Source of the DNA: Clostridia bacterium
GTDB taxonomy: Bacteria; Bacillota; Clostridia; RGIG7378
Assembly: GCA_045588325.1 (NCBI GenBank)
Contig: JAZNEA010000104.1
Coordinates: forward strand, 1,560-65,559
Length of the DNA stretch: 64,000 bases
Direction: 5' to 3'
Part shown: one piece after another, positions 18,499 to 30,875 of the stretch
How positions within the stretch are numbered: the first letter of the stretch is position 1
How the letters are laid out: every line of letters starts with the position of its first letter
Program-made: the position numbers and the translations under genes
Notes under the pieces: generated by a model
Seen by the model: only the letters and a program-made list of their open reading frames with translations
The model's database searches: none
Told to the model about the DNA's origin: nothing

Positions 18499-20721
18499 TC
18501 AGATATCTCCCAATGTCATCTGCTCTTCGGGGCGATCCTCATTCTTGAGGAAACTACCTACAGCAGGAATATGTCTTGCACGATAGTACTTCTCATTTCC
18601 AATATTTGCAATACTTTGCAACTGAGCTTTTGTGACAACACTTCCCTTTTTGGATGTCATAACCTGAACTCCCTGGTTATTCTTAGTAGTTTTGGCCGCT
18701 ACAAGGGCTGTGTTAAAGATCATAATCTTAGAAATATTGCTAAAGAGAACCATATCTGCATCCTCTGTGAGGTAAAGGGCATTTACCAGTGGAGACGCGT
18801 CACTATATGCGTTCTGAAGCTTTTTGCGGTTTGTCTTTGTCTCATATGCTGACATGGGAACCTTAGATACCTTGCCGTTCTCAAATACGAATACCATATG
18901 GCCCTCGTACTTGTTAAGAACTACATAGTTAATTGGCCTCTCACCTGGCTCCATATTAAGCTCATTGGACAGATAGTTGCCCAGCATGGATGCCTTACTC
19001 TCTGGCATGTCATATAGCTTACACTTGTATACGTTCTGCTTGTTGGTAAAGAACAGGATCTCGTTGCGGTTGGTGTAGTCACCTTCCTGTACGATAACAT
19101 CTCCGTCCTTAACCTTTTGCTCCGGGTTGCCCCTGAGGGATGTGGCAGGAACCTTCTTGAAATATCCGTCATTGGTTAACAGTACGTGACAGTTGTAGTC
19201 GTCAATAAGCTCCTCCTGAGACTGCTGGAACTCCTCTACCTCATAGAGAATCTCTGTGCGTCTGGGCTGACCATACTTCTTGGCAATATCTGCCAGCTGG
19301 TTAGCAATAAACTTGCGAATCTTGCGGTCGCTGCCTCTGAGGGCTGTCATATCGTCAATAGACTTGCGCAAATCATCAATATCTGCGGTCCTGTCCAAAA
19401 TGTACTTCTTGTTAAGGTTGCGCAGCTTAATATCTGCCACAAACTCTGCCTGGAGCTGGTCAATGCCAAATGCCTCCATCAAGTTAGGTACAACCTTAGA
19501 GTCCTCCTCAGTGCCTCGGATAACTGCAATGGCCTTGTCAATATCGAGCAAGATCTTCTTAAGGCCCTCCAACAGGTGAAGCTGTCTTTCTTTGCGGTTA
19601 ATCTCATGGGTAAGCACTCTGCGAACACAGTTCATGCGGAATCTGACCCACTCGGCAATAATGCCCTTAACGCCCAGAACCATAGGCTTGCCCTCAACCA
19701 AAACATTAAAGTTACAACCAAATGTATCCTCCAGAGCTGTGGACTTAAAGAGCTTGAGCATCAGGGCATCCGGGTCAGCGTTACGCTTAATGTCGATGGT
19801 GATCTTAAGACCATTAATATCGGTCTCGTCGCGCATGTCGTTGATCTCCTTGACCTTGTTCTCCTTGAACATGTCAATGATAGTGTCCATAATGGCCTCT
19901 ACTGAGGTTGTGTATGGAATCTGTGTAATCTCGATGCAACTATTTGACTTGTCATAGTTGTACTTAGCCCTGAGTCTGAAGGAACCTCTGCCGGTATTAA
20001 CTACGTTGCGAAGGACGTTCTCATCGAATACATAGTATCCGCCTGTAGAAAAATCAGGGCCCTTAATATAGTCCATCATATCCACATCAGGATCGTTAAG
20101 GTATGCAATAGTAGCGTCGCAAACCTCCTTGAGGTTAAAACTACAGATGTTGGATGCAAGGCCAACAGCAATACCTGCTGTTGGATTGCACAAAATGTTG
20201 GGGAATGTGGCAGGGAGCAATGTGGGCTCCTTAAGTGTGCCATCATAGTTATCGACAAAATCTACGGCATCCTTGTCCATGTCTCCGAAAATCTCGGAGC
20301 AGATCTTATCCAAACGCACCTCTGTGTATCTGGATGCAGCAAACTTCATGTCTCTGGAATACTGCTTACCAAAGTTGCCCTTAGAATCTACCAAGGGATG
20401 CAACAGAGCCTCATTACCACGGGACAATCTTACCATGGTCTCATAGATAGCCTGGTCGCCGTGGGGGTTCAGCTTCATGGTCTGACCAACAACGTTAGCT
20501 GACTTAGTCCTGCTACCGCTTAATAAGCCCATCTTGTACATGGTGTAAAGGAGCTTACGGTGAGATGGCTTAAATCCATCAATCTCGGGGATGGCACGGG
20601 ACAAAATTACGCTCATGGCGTAAGGCATGTAGTTAGTCTCAAGTGTATCTGTAATATACTGATATTGTATAGGTGCTGGTGGCAGCTTAACCACCGGCTT
20701 GTCCTTTGACTTTTTGGCCAT
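18499..20721 (-). CDS. Type IIA DNA topoisomerase subunit A (GyrA/ParC-like, short 740-aa form)
   Basis: YAMSVILSRAIPEIDGFKPSHRKLLYTM and catalytic AASRYTE present; C-terminal domain shorter than canonical GyrA. Confidence 0.85.
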   Translation of the reverse strand: MAKKSKDKPVVKLPPAPIQYQYITDTLETNYMPYAMSVILSRAIPEIDGFKPSHRKLLYTMYKMGLLSGSRTKSANVVGQTMKLNPHGDQAIYETMVRLSRGNEALLHPLVDSKGNFGKQYSRDMKFAASRYTEVRLDKICSEIFGDMDKDAVDFVDNYDGTLKEPTLLPATFPNILCNPTAGIAVGLASNICSFNLKEVCDATIAYLNDPDVDMMDYIKGPDFSTGGYYVFDENVLRNVVNTGRGSFRLRAKYNYDKSNSCIEITQIPYTTSVEAIMDTIIDMFKENKVKEINDMRDETDINGLKITIDIKRNADPDALMLKLFKSTALEDTFGCNFNVLVEGKPMVLGVKGIIAEWVRFRMNCVRRVLTHEINRKERQLHLLEGLKKILLDIDKAIAVIRGTEEDSKVVPNLMEAFGIDQLQAEFVADIKLRNLNKKYILDRTADIDDLRKSIDDMTALRGSDRKIRKFIANQLADIAKKYGQPRRTEILYEVEEFQQSQEELIDDYNCHVLLTNDGYFKKVPATSLRGNPEQKVKDGDVIVQEGDYTNRNEILFFTNKQNVYKCKLYDMPESKASMLGNYLSNELNMEPGERPINYVVLNKYEGHMVFVFENGKVSKVPMSAYETKTNRKKLQNAYSDASPLVNALYLTEDADMVLFSNISKIMIFNTALVAAKTTKNNQGVQVMTSKKGSVVTKAQLQSIANIGNEKYYRARHIPAVGSFLKNEDRPEEQMTLGDI

Positions 20722-20733
20722 TTGTCTTCTCCT

Positions 20734-22701
20734 TTACATAACATCCAGGGAATCCAGATACAAATGTCCAAATTCCTCGATATGCTTCTTACGAGCTGGC
20801 AGGTCGTCTCCCAACAATACGGAGAATGTCTCTGCTGTCTCGTCCACATCTGCTGGTGTAACCTGAATAAGTTTACGTGTGGCAGGATCCATAGTGGTAA
20901 GTTTCATCATGTCAGGCTCGTTTTCACCAAGTCCCTTGGAACGCTGTATGGTAACTTTGCCTGTGAGACCTGCTACGATGTCATTCTTCTCCTTGTCTGT
21001 GTACGCAAAATACGTATTATCCTTGTTCGTAATCTCGAACAGAGGTGACTCAGCAATAAAAATCTTGCCCGCTCTGATCAATGTGGGAGCCAACCTGTAG
21101 AACATGGCCAGGCACAGTGTCCTGATCTGGTATCCGTCCACGTCGGCATCTGTACAGATAATAATTTTGGACCAGCGCAGGTTGTCTAAATCAAAGGATG
21201 CAATATCCTTATTGTGCTTAGATGTAACCTCAACGCCACAGCCCAAAATCCTGAGCAGGTCGGTAATAATATCGTTCTTAAAAATAGTGTCCAAAGGAGC
21301 CTTCATACAATTGAGAATCTTACCTCGGATGGGCATAACAGCCTGGAACTCGGAGTCCCTGGCCATCTTAACTGAACCCAATGCGGAGTCTCCCTCTACG
21401 ATATAGAGCTCTCTCTCATCTGTCTCCTTAGATCTACAGTCAACAAACTTCTTAACCTTGTTGGAGAGATCCATCTTCTCTGCCATCTTTTTCTTAGAGG
21501 CAACTCTGGCACGCTCAGCGTTCTCTCTGCTACGCTTGTTAACAAGAATCTGGTCCAAAACTCGCTCGCCCTCTATGACGTTCTCAATAAAGAAGACCTC
21601 CATCTTCTCCCTGAGGAATCGAGTCATGGCATCCTGTATAAACTTGTTGGTAATGGCCTTCTTGGTCTGGTTCTCGTAACTGGTAACAGTGGAGAATGAG
21701 TTCATGATAAAGACCAGGGAGTCCTGGATATCTGCGAATGTAACCTTAGACTCATCCTTGTTGTACTTGCCCTTGGATGTCAGGTACTTGTCCACCTCTG
21801 CAACAAAGGCTGCCTTAAGGGCCTTGTCTGGGGCTCCGCCATACTCCAGGTAGCTGGAGTTGTGGTAATATTCGATAACGTTAACAGAGTTAGAGAAACA
21901 GAAGGCTGCCTGCATCTTAACCTTATACTCGGGCTTGTCTGCACGGTCACGACCCTTGGCGTTGCTCTCACAGAACTGAATCTCTGTAAATGCTGTCTCT
22001 CCCACCAACTCCTTAATGTAGTCTGCTATACCATCCTTATACGTGTAGGAAAAAGACTGCTTGGACTGCTCATCATAAAGCTCGAAAGTAACGCCGCTGT
22101 TGACCACAGCCTGCTTTTTAAGCACGTCACAAAAGTACTCAAGGGGAATGTCTATATCTGTGAAAACCTCGATATCAGGCTTCCAGTGCTGGGTTGTACC
22201 TGTACGGCGACGAGTGACTGCCTCCTTCTTAAGGCCTCCGATGTTGTATCCCTTCTCAAAATGGAGCTCATATTTGAATCCATCCCTATAGACTGTAACA
22301 TCAAAGAACTCAGAACTAAACTGAGTGGCGCAACTGCCCAGACCATTGAGTCCCAAACTGTACTCATAATCCGAACCTGCGTTATTGTCGTACTTGCCTC
22401 CTGCGTACATCTCGCAGAAAACAAGCTCCCAGTTGAATCTCTCCTCTCTGGAGTTCCAATCCAGGGGTATGCCACGTCCGTTATCAACTACTGTGATGGA
22501 CTTGTCCCTGTGCCTGGTAACGGAAATCAAATCTCCATAACCCTCTCTAGCCTCGTCGATAGAGTTGGACAATATCTCAAAGAAGGAATGCTGACATCCC
22601 TCCAAACTATCTGAACCAAAAATAACGCCTGGACGAAGTCTGACCTTGTCCGGGCCCTTAAGTGACTTGATACTCTCGTTGTCGTACTGTTTCTTAGCCA
22701 T
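20734..22701 (-). CDS. Type IIA DNA topoisomerase subunit B (GyrB/ParE-like)
   Basis: ILSNSIDEA, VVDNGRGIP, toprim YIVEGDSALGS and PIRGKILN motifs. Start chosen at MAKKQYDNESI…RLRPGVIFGSD, the conventional GyrB/ParE N-terminus; the ORF track extends 15 codons further. Confidence 0.85.
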   Translation of the reverse strand: MAKKQYDNESIKSLKGPDKVRLRPGVIFGSDSLEGCQHSFFEILSNSIDEAREGYGDLISVTRHRDKSITVVDNGRGIPLDWNSREERFNWELVFCEMYAGGKYDNNAGSDYEYSLGLNGLGSCATQFSSEFFDVTVYRDGFKYELHFEKGYNIGGLKKEAVTRRRTGTTQHWKPDIEVFTDIDIPLEYFCDVLKKQAVVNSGVTFELYDEQSKQSFSYTYKDGIADYIKELVGETAFTEIQFCESNAKGRDRADKPEYKVKMQAAFCFSNSVNVIEYYHNSSYLEYGGAPDKALKAAFVAEVDKYLTSKGKYNKDESKVTFADIQDSLVFIMNSFSTVTSYENQTKKAITNKFIQDAMTRFLREKMEVFFIENVIEGERVLDQILVNKRSRENAERARVASKKKMAEKMDLSNKVKKFVDCRSKETDERELYIVEGDSALGSVKMARDSEFQAVMPIRGKILNCMKAPLDTIFKNDIITDLLRILGCGVEVTSKHNKDIASFDLDNLRWSKIIICTDADVDGYQIRTLCLAMFYRLAPTLIRAGKIFIAESPLFEITNKDNTYFAYTDKEKNDIVAGLTGKVTIQRSKGLGENEPDMMKLTTMDPATRKLIQVTPADVDETAETFSVLLGDDLPARKKHIEEFGHLYLDSLDVM

Positions 22702-22863
22702 CAGGCATAAACCCCCGATTATCATCAATATTGTGTATTTTAGCACATAGACAACGCTATATCAAGGGACACAGCCCTGCAAAAGAACATTTGTTTGCGT
22801 TATTCCTTGTATATTTTGCGCCTTAACTGGTGATAATCAAACAAAAATCTCCTGGAGGATCTC

Positions 22864-23772
22864 GTGAAAAAAGCAAACATTCGCCCTACTGTACTGTTGC
22901 TCGGGGCATACTCACTAATATCCTGGATAGTCTTTTCCAGCACTATTACCGGCAAGGGTATTGGCAACACCCTCGCCAGCCTGACTCTGTGGATTGTATT
23001 CCTCGGCTTGGGCTACTACCTGCTGACAAATTTGGTGACAAGGTGGGGGCTGTCTCCCTGGGCAGGCTCAGGTTGTTATGCCCTAGGCTGCTGGGGGTTT
23101 TGCCAACTTTTGAGTTTTTTGCGCTCTGGTAATACTTTTAACTCCACCCTCGTTTCCGGAGCTATCTTCCCTCCTCATCAGCCTCTGAGCTTTGTCATAG
23201 TCACGTCGGTAGCTGCCCTGCTCCTGTTCTCTCTCTCCACAAATCGCAGAACAGTTCTGACTCTAGCTACTATGGAAAACCGTCTACCTCAATCCATGCT
23301 AAAAAAAGCGACCACGTTTCTAAAATCCACGGGTCGCTATTGCCTGTATAGATTGTGTATTTGTGTGCCTGTGGCCATATTCCTGTGGGTTGGCCTAACG
23401 CTACTTAGGAATCCCTCTGCACAGTCTGTATCATATATGTCCCTGTATTTCTGCTCTGTACCTGTCATAGGCTGGGCAGTAGCCCTGGCCACAATTCTCC
23501 CTTGGGTGCTAAGCCTCTACGGTGTCGCTACATCCATCATTGCCTGCACACTACTGGGATTATCGTACCTGATGGCAGATTGGCTAATCACGCCTAAATT
23601 TGGCTTTTCCCGAGACTTTCTGTCCCCTGTTGCCTTGGTAACTATATGCACATATGCCATATTGGGACCTGCCCTGGCCCTGATTGCCGGCGGGGTATAC
23701 AGCGGTTGCTGTGGTCTCCTGTCACAACGTCGTGCTAACAGATATGGAGCTCACACCTCATCGGCTATGTAA
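22864..23772 (+). CDS. Hypothetical polytopic membrane protein (302 aa)
   Basis: GTG start preceded by GGAGGA; multiple hydrophobic helices; no recognisable motifs. Confidence 0.45.
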   Translation: MKKANIRPTVLLLGAYSLISWIVFSSTITGKGIGNTLASLTLWIVFLGLGYYLLTNLVTRWGLSPWAGSGCYALGCWGFCQLLSFLRSGNTFNSTLVSGAIFPPHQPLSFVIVTSVAALLLFSLSTNRRTVLTLATMENRLPQSMLKKATTFLKSTGRYCLYRLCICVPVAIFLWVGLTLLRNPSAQSVSYMSLYFCSVPVIGWAVALATILPWVLSLYGVATSIIACTLLGLSYLMADWLITPKFGFSRDFLSPVALVTICTYAILGPALALIAGGVYSGCCGLLSQRRANRYGAHTSSAM

Positions 23773-25022
23773 AGTCCTGGTTGGGCGAGGCCCAATATAT
23801 CACTGGACTCCTGCTCCTCTAAGACCTCCACACTCTTGAGCTTGCCCTGAATAATGGAGTTCCTCTTAGTTGCATCGTCCAGCGCCTTGTCCGCCTCACC
23901 GATCTTCTTCTTGGCCTTTTCCAATGCCACAGCAAATGTCTCATACTGTTGCTTGGCAGCTCCAAGAATTTTCCACACCTCTGAGGCCTTTTTGTCCAAT
24001 ACGATGGTCTTGAATCCCACATTAAGTGTGTTAAGGAATGCCGTTATGGTAGTGGGGCCTGCCACCATGATCCTGTATTTGTTCTGCAACTCCTCAGCCA
24101 AGCCGGGGCGACGCAAAATCTCTGCATACAATCCCTCTGTTGGCAAGAACATAATTGCAAAATCTGTGGTCTTGGGCACCTCAATATATAGTCCTGCAAT
24201 AGTGGATGCAAACCTCTTGATAGATGCCTCCAAGGCCTTGCCGTGGGCCTCTACACCCTCTCTGTCTGCCCTGTCCGCAGCCTCCTGTAGCTTGACATAT
24301 TCCTCCTGAGGGAACTTGGAATCTATGGGAAGCAATACATATTCCCCATCCTTCTCTCTGGAAGGAATCTTGATGGCGAACTCCACGCGCTCCCGATTGT
24401 TGCGAATGGAGGCGTTGCGGATAAACTGATTCTCTGTGAGGGTCTGCTCCAGGATATTGCCCAACTGAACCTCGGCCCATGTTCCTCTGGATTTGACATT
24501 GGTCAATACTCGCTGGAGTTCTGAAACTCCTCCGGCCAATTCCTTCATCTCGCCCATGGACTTGTATACGTTCTGCAGCTGATCGCCAACCTGCTTAAAG
24601 CTGGTATCCAACCTCTCCTTAAGGGTGGCAGTCAGTTTCTCATCTACCACAGCCCTCATCTCGTCAAGTTTCTTCTCATTGCTTCCCTGAAGATCCTTTA
24701 CCGACCTGGACAGGGTCTCGTTAATCTCCTTTGTCTGGTTAGTCATGTGGCTGTACATTTTATCAGACTGCTCTGCCTGGGCCTTGAGCATATCCAACTG
24801 ACCTTTGACAATCTGATTGCTCATGCTCTGCATAGCCTGATTCATCTCGCGGCGAGAGTCTGCTAAATCATGTCGAATCTGGCTCTCCATGTTGCGGATC
24901 TGCTCCTTAGAATTATCCTGCTCTCCTGCTTTGGCAGACTTGAGCCCGCGGATCTGCGCAATAAGCACTACAACCACTACAATCAGGACAGCCAGCAGTC
25001 CAATAATAATGTAATCTGTCAT
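23751..25022 (-). CDS. rmuC: DNA recombination protein RmuC
   Basis: N-terminal TM helix, long coiled coil, then RmuC C-terminal domain. Start at MTDYIIIGLL with GGAGGA RBS; the ORF track starts 8 codons earlier. Confidence 0.8.
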   Translation of the reverse strand: MTDYIIIGLLAVLIVVVVVLIAQIRGLKSAKAGEQDNSKEQIRNMESQIRHDLADSRREMNQAMQSMSNQIVKGQLDMLKAQAEQSDKMYSHMTNQTKEINETLSRSVKDLQGSNEKKLDEMRAVVDEKLTATLKERLDTSFKQVGDQLQNVYKSMGEMKELAGGVSELQRVLTNVKSRGTWAEVQLGNILEQTLTENQFIRNASIRNNRERVEFAIKIPSREKDGEYVLLPIDSKFPQEEYVKLQEAADRADREGVEAHGKALEASIKRFASTIAGLYIEVPKTTDFAIMFLPTEGLYAEILRRPGLAEELQNKYRIMVAGPTTITAFLNTLNVGFKTIVLDKKASEVWKILGAAKQQYETFAVALEKAKKKIGEADKALDDATKRNSIIQGKLKSVEVLEEQESSDILGLAQPGLYIADEV

Positions 25023-25088
25023 GTTTCCTCCAGTACTGCGAAACACTGCTCGCAGTGAATAATCAACTATGCCAAAACTGCAAAGTTA

Positions 25089-26024
25089 TTAGTTTCCGAA
25101 CAAATACTTGGCGAAGGGAGAATCCTTATCTATGATGATAGTGGTCTCTGAGTCCTTAAGGCTCTCCTTGTATGCCATAAGTGTTCTGTAGAATTCGTAA
25201 AAGTCCTTGTCTATATCATAGGCCTCGTTGTAAATCCTCGCTGCCTCTGCATCTGCCTGACCTCTGGTAATGGCGGCCTGCTTCTCCGCCTCAGCTGTGA
25301 TAACTGCGGCCTGCTTGTCTGCGTCGGACTTAATCTTAAGGGACTCCTCCTGACCCTCTGAACGGTACAGAGTTGCCATCTGGTTACGCTCTGCGATCAT
25401 ACGATCGTAGATATTGTTGTAGTTCTCCTCAGGATAGTCTGCCTTCTTAATACGAACAAATGTGATATTCATTCCATACTGGTTGAGTGTTGTGTTGTTT
25501 TCATCTGCAATATCAACGAGCATCTGTTCGGATGTCACCCTGTCAGAAATAAGGGTTGCTGCAGTAATCTTACCAACCTTCTCATTCATCTTGGAGTACA
25601 GCAAATCGTCAATACGGCTCTGTGCGCTGTTGACGCTACCAATACTTACCTTAAAGAGTACTGGATTGGTAATCTGCCACTGTGCACTGTTGTCGATGGT
25701 GACAGACTTTTTGTCATAAGTTATAACCTCTCTGGCAGATGCGTCGTATGTATACAGCTGAGTTGAGAAGTACTGCACGGTGTCAACAAAAGGCACCTTA
25801 AAAAAGAGTCCTCTGCCCTGCTCAACCTGAACCTTGGAAAAACGGGGGTCATTGGCCAGCTCAGCCTTAACTGTCTCGTAACTTTCCTCTGGGACTACTA
25901 CCTTTACAATCTCGCCAAATCGCGAGATAACTGCCTGCTGTGTCTCATCAACTGTGAAGTATGCCATGCCGGCAATAATTATGGCCAATACAGGCACTAA
26001 TGTAATGATTATTTTCTTCTTCAT
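25089..26024 (-). CDS. hflC: SPFH/band-7 protein HflC
   Basis: N-terminal TM anchor plus SPFH domain; adjacent to hflK. Confidence 0.8.
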   Translation of the reverse strand: MKKKIIITLVPVLAIIIAGMAYFTVDETQQAVISRFGEIVKVVVPEESYETVKAELANDPRFSKVQVEQGRGLFFKVPFVDTVQYFSTQLYTYDASAREVITYDKKSVTIDNSAQWQITNPVLFKVSIGSVNSAQSRIDDLLYSKMNEKVGKITAATLISDRVTSEQMLVDIADENNTTLNQYGMNITFVRIKKADYPEENYNNIYDRMIAERNQMATLYRSEGQEESLKIKSDADKQAAVITAEAEKQAAITRGQADAEAARIYNEAYDIDKDFYEFYRTLMAYKESLKDSETTIIIDKDSPFAKYLFGN

Positions 26025-26033
26025 GGTGGCCTC

Positions 26034-27002
26034 CTACTTTCCCTCTGTTATTGCCTTAAGGGGTAACAGCGTATTAACGTTGCTGGTGTCCTCGTCCATA
26101 ATATATACGGTGGCACCACCCAAAACTTCCTCAATGGTCTCCAAATACATACGTGTCTTCATGACATCCTCGTACTGTGAGAACTGCTCATATAGCGCGA
26201 CAAATGCCGCCACATCTCCCTCTGCTGTAGCAATCTTTGTTTGTGCATATGCCTCTGCGGAATTTGTCACAGACTGTGCCTTACCTCTGGCAATTGGGAT
26301 AATCTCGTTGGCGTAGCTGTTTGCCTCGTTTATGTATGTGGACTTATCCTCTCTGGCGCTGGCAACATCCTTAAATGCGCTCTGCACCTCCTCTGGTGGG
26401 TTAACGTCCTGCAACTGAACGTTCATTACTGTGAGGCCCAGCTTATACTCCTTGCACATATTCTGCAGGTCATCGAAGATCTCCTGCTGAACTGCGGATT
26501 TGTTGTCTGTCATGGACTCGTCAAGTGTGTGGTTTGCAATGGCTCTGCGGAGAGCTGTCTTAACCAATACAGCAAATGTCTCGTCAGGCTTCTCTGTCTT
26601 GAACAGATATGTGTACAGGTCGGAAATCATATACTGTGCACTGCACTCAACGTCAACCAGACACTCATCGCTGGTGAGCATCATGACATCATCCTCAGAA
26701 TCAGAATATGTAATCTTGTTCGTGGCGGATGCATCGGTCTTGTAGCCAAACTCATAGCGTCTGACGCTGCTGACATTCTCCTTGTAGACGGTGTCTACAA
26801 ATGGCACCTTAAATCGAATACCTGCCTGGGAATCGGTGTGAGAATATGCTCCAAATCTGCAGACAACGGCCTCCTCGCCTGATTCCAGAACATAAAAGCT
26901 GTTAAATACCAGAATCAGTAGAGCAATCACTGCCAGTGTTATGGGGATAACCCTCTTAAGTATAGGCCATGCCTTGGCCTTAGATGTGTTAATAGTTGAC
27001 AT
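26034..27002 (-). CDS. hflK: SPFH/band-7 protein HflK
   Basis: N-terminal TM anchor, SPFH domain, pairs with hflC. Confidence 0.8.
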   Translation of the reverse strand: MSTINTSKAKAWPILKRVIPITLAVIALLILVFNSFYVLESGEEAVVCRFGAYSHTDSQAGIRFKVPFVDTVYKENVSSVRRYEFGYKTDASATNKITYSDSEDDVMMLTSDECLVDVECSAQYMISDLYTYLFKTEKPDETFAVLVKTALRRAIANHTLDESMTDNKSAVQQEIFDDLQNMCKEYKLGLTVMNVQLQDVNPPEEVQSAFKDVASAREDKSTYINEANSYANEIIPIARGKAQSVTNSAEAYAQTKIATAEGDVAAFVALYEQFSQYEDVMKTRMYLETIEEVLGGATVYIMDEDTSNVNTLLPLKAITEGK

Positions 27003-27225
27003 CTCTTCCTCCTTAAATGAATTTAGTTTTATATTATCATCCTGTCTTTTATAATTCTCAAATAACGGCTATACTGTCCGTTTTCCTGCCCGAACGGTGC
27101 ATTCTTAGCTAATAGCTAAGAGATAAGAGATAATAAAGTTGGTTAGCGAATAGTTGGCGAACTTATAACTTTTCACTTTTCACTCTTCACTCTTCACTTT
27201 TAACTTTTATCTATCCCACTTTGTT

Positions 27226-27297
27226 CACTCTTAACTCTTATCTCTTAACTGAACTTTTCACTCTTAACTCTTATCTCTTAACTGAACTTTTCACTTA
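27226..27297. repeat. 33-bp tandem direct repeat (about 2.1 copies) in a CT-rich tract (AG-rich on the transcribed minus strand), between the DUF1015 stop and the hflK start
   Basis: cactcttaactcttatctcttaactgaacttttca repeated head-to-tail; preceded by the degenerate ttttcactcttcactcttcactttt. Confidence 0.6.
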
Positions 27298-28520
27298 CGA
27301 ATCCTTCTGCATTCCATGTAATATCGCTTATCCATGGCCTCTCCCATAGAAAACGCCTTTCGTGGCAATGCTCCGCTCCTGGATACGCTCTCCATCACGC
27401 CAGCCTTTGATATGGCTGGGAGCAAGATTCCGATTCCGTTGTCGCGATCACAGATTGACTTAAGGTCGCCCTCTCCGTGGATATAATCTATCTCAACCTC
27501 TGCGCCAGCAACAAATGCGTCCAGGAACTCCTGAATTGGTTTTACCACCATTGGAATATTAGCCTCTGTATAAACGGGAATCTCCATACCATCCGCATAA
27601 AGGGTGAATATGGGCTCGTTGCCCTGTCCCTCCAGCTGGATTCCTTCTCCTGCAAAATAAGCAGTCATCTCATCAAAAAATTCAGATATCTCCGCTCCCG
27701 TCACCACTCTATGAATGGGTTCAAAGTCCAGCGCGTTGTCGTGAATGTTCACAACCTCCACCAGTGCAAAACGTGCTGGATGATCCTGGTCTGCTCCCTC
27801 GGACTTAAGCTGCTCCCAATATGTCTTGGCAGATGCCAGAGAATGGTTACCATCCCCCACTGCAAACAACATTCCTCCCTCTGACTCCATGGACTCCATT
27901 GCCTCGATCAAGGGCAGGGCCGTCTCCTGGGACAATCTATAACCCGTAAGGTGACCACCATTGGACATAAGTTCTATGTCGTATACCTTTTCCATGGATC
28001 CCTCGGATGTGACTGCATCCAACACAAACTTAGGGTCATCTACCAACAGCATGATGTGGGGCATCTCAAGTCTGGCACTGGCCCTGATCTTGACGCGCGG
28101 GGGAATTCTGCTGATAACCGTTGCCTCCGATGCCCTTATTAACGCATTTTTGGCAGAATCAAAATCATACTTTTCCAAATCGATTGCCAAGAGCCAACCG
28201 TGGCGTGTCTTGCCATTGGAGCTACCTCTCTCAATGTATGTAACGTATTCTCCCTTGTTTGTCAGGGTGCCGTTCTCCATGTACTGTGCCATGTGTGCGT
28301 CTATGAGAGACAGAGCCGCCTCCGTCGCTGGCAAATAGACCTCAGGCAACATCATCCTCAAGGTCGATGGTGCGTCTCCAACCTGGTTTTCGACCTCTTC
28401 CCAATATTCGGGCTGAGATGTGTACTGGTCACATGCAATACATGCCCACCTTGTCTTATCTACTTGCTCTCCTGGAAGCCATATCTCCGGGATTGCTATT
28501 CCTTTGTTGCTAATATACAT
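27291..28520 (-). CDS. DUF1015-family protein (409 aa)
   Basis: Contains the family-typical WACIACDQYTSQPEYW block. Confidence 0.7.
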   Translation of the reverse strand: MYISNKGIAIPEIWLPGEQVDKTRWACIACDQYTSQPEYWEEVENQVGDAPSTLRMMLPEVYLPATEAALSLIDAHMAQYMENGTLTNKGEYVTYIERGSSNGKTRHGWLLAIDLEKYDFDSAKNALIRASEATVISRIPPRVKIRASARLEMPHIMLLVDDPKFVLDAVTSEGSMEKVYDIELMSNGGHLTGYRLSQETALPLIEAMESMESEGGMLFAVGDGNHSLASAKTYWEQLKSEGADQDHPARFALVEVVNIHDNALDFEPIHRVVTGAEISEFFDEMTAYFAGEGIQLEGQGNEPIFTLYADGMEIPVYTEANIPMVVKPIQEFLDAFVAGAEVEIDYIHGEGDLKSICDRDNGIGILLPAISKAGVMESVSRSGALPRKAFSMGEAMDKRYYMECRRIRK

Positions 28521-28574
28521 TTTCCCTCCTGATTAAACATACCGGGAGACTCTCGTCTCCCGACAGTTTTGCAT

Positions 28575-28784
28575 TTAGTCCATCATGTCATTCAGGACTC
28601 TCTTGCCCTTCCTGACCATCTTGCTCTTCTTCTCATTGCTGGCAAGCATCCACATCTCTGCGGCTGCCCCTACTGCAACTCCTGCCATCATTCCCATGGC
28701 CATTCCCCTGGCAAATCTGTTCATCTGCGTCCTCCAAAACATAGTGCTAAACTTATGTTTCCCAGGAGTAGCAATTTGTTGCAT
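28575..28784 (-). CDS. Small hypothetical membrane protein (69 aa, Gly/Ala/Met-rich TM segment)
   Basis: ORF between DUF1015 and ligA with GMAMGMMAGVAVGAAAEMWM. Confidence 0.35.
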   Translation of the reverse strand: MQQIATPGKHKFSTMFWRTQMNRFARGMAMGMMAGVAVGAAAEMWMLASNEKKSKMVRKGKRVLNDMMD

Positions 28785-28787
28785 TGT

Positions 28788-30875
<2,088 letters not shown>

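Noticed and set aside
22830-23132. Alternative ORF 22830-23132 overlapping the start of the membrane protein gene
   Set aside because: Different frame and shorter. The 22864 GTG start has a GGAGGA RBS at ideal spacing and gives a continuous hydrophobic protein.
27226-27297. CRISPR array or coding repeat at the 33-bp tandem repeat
   Set aside because: Only about 2 adjacent copies with no spacers, pyrimidine-rich low complexity, no cas genes in the window. Treated as a simple tandem repeat.
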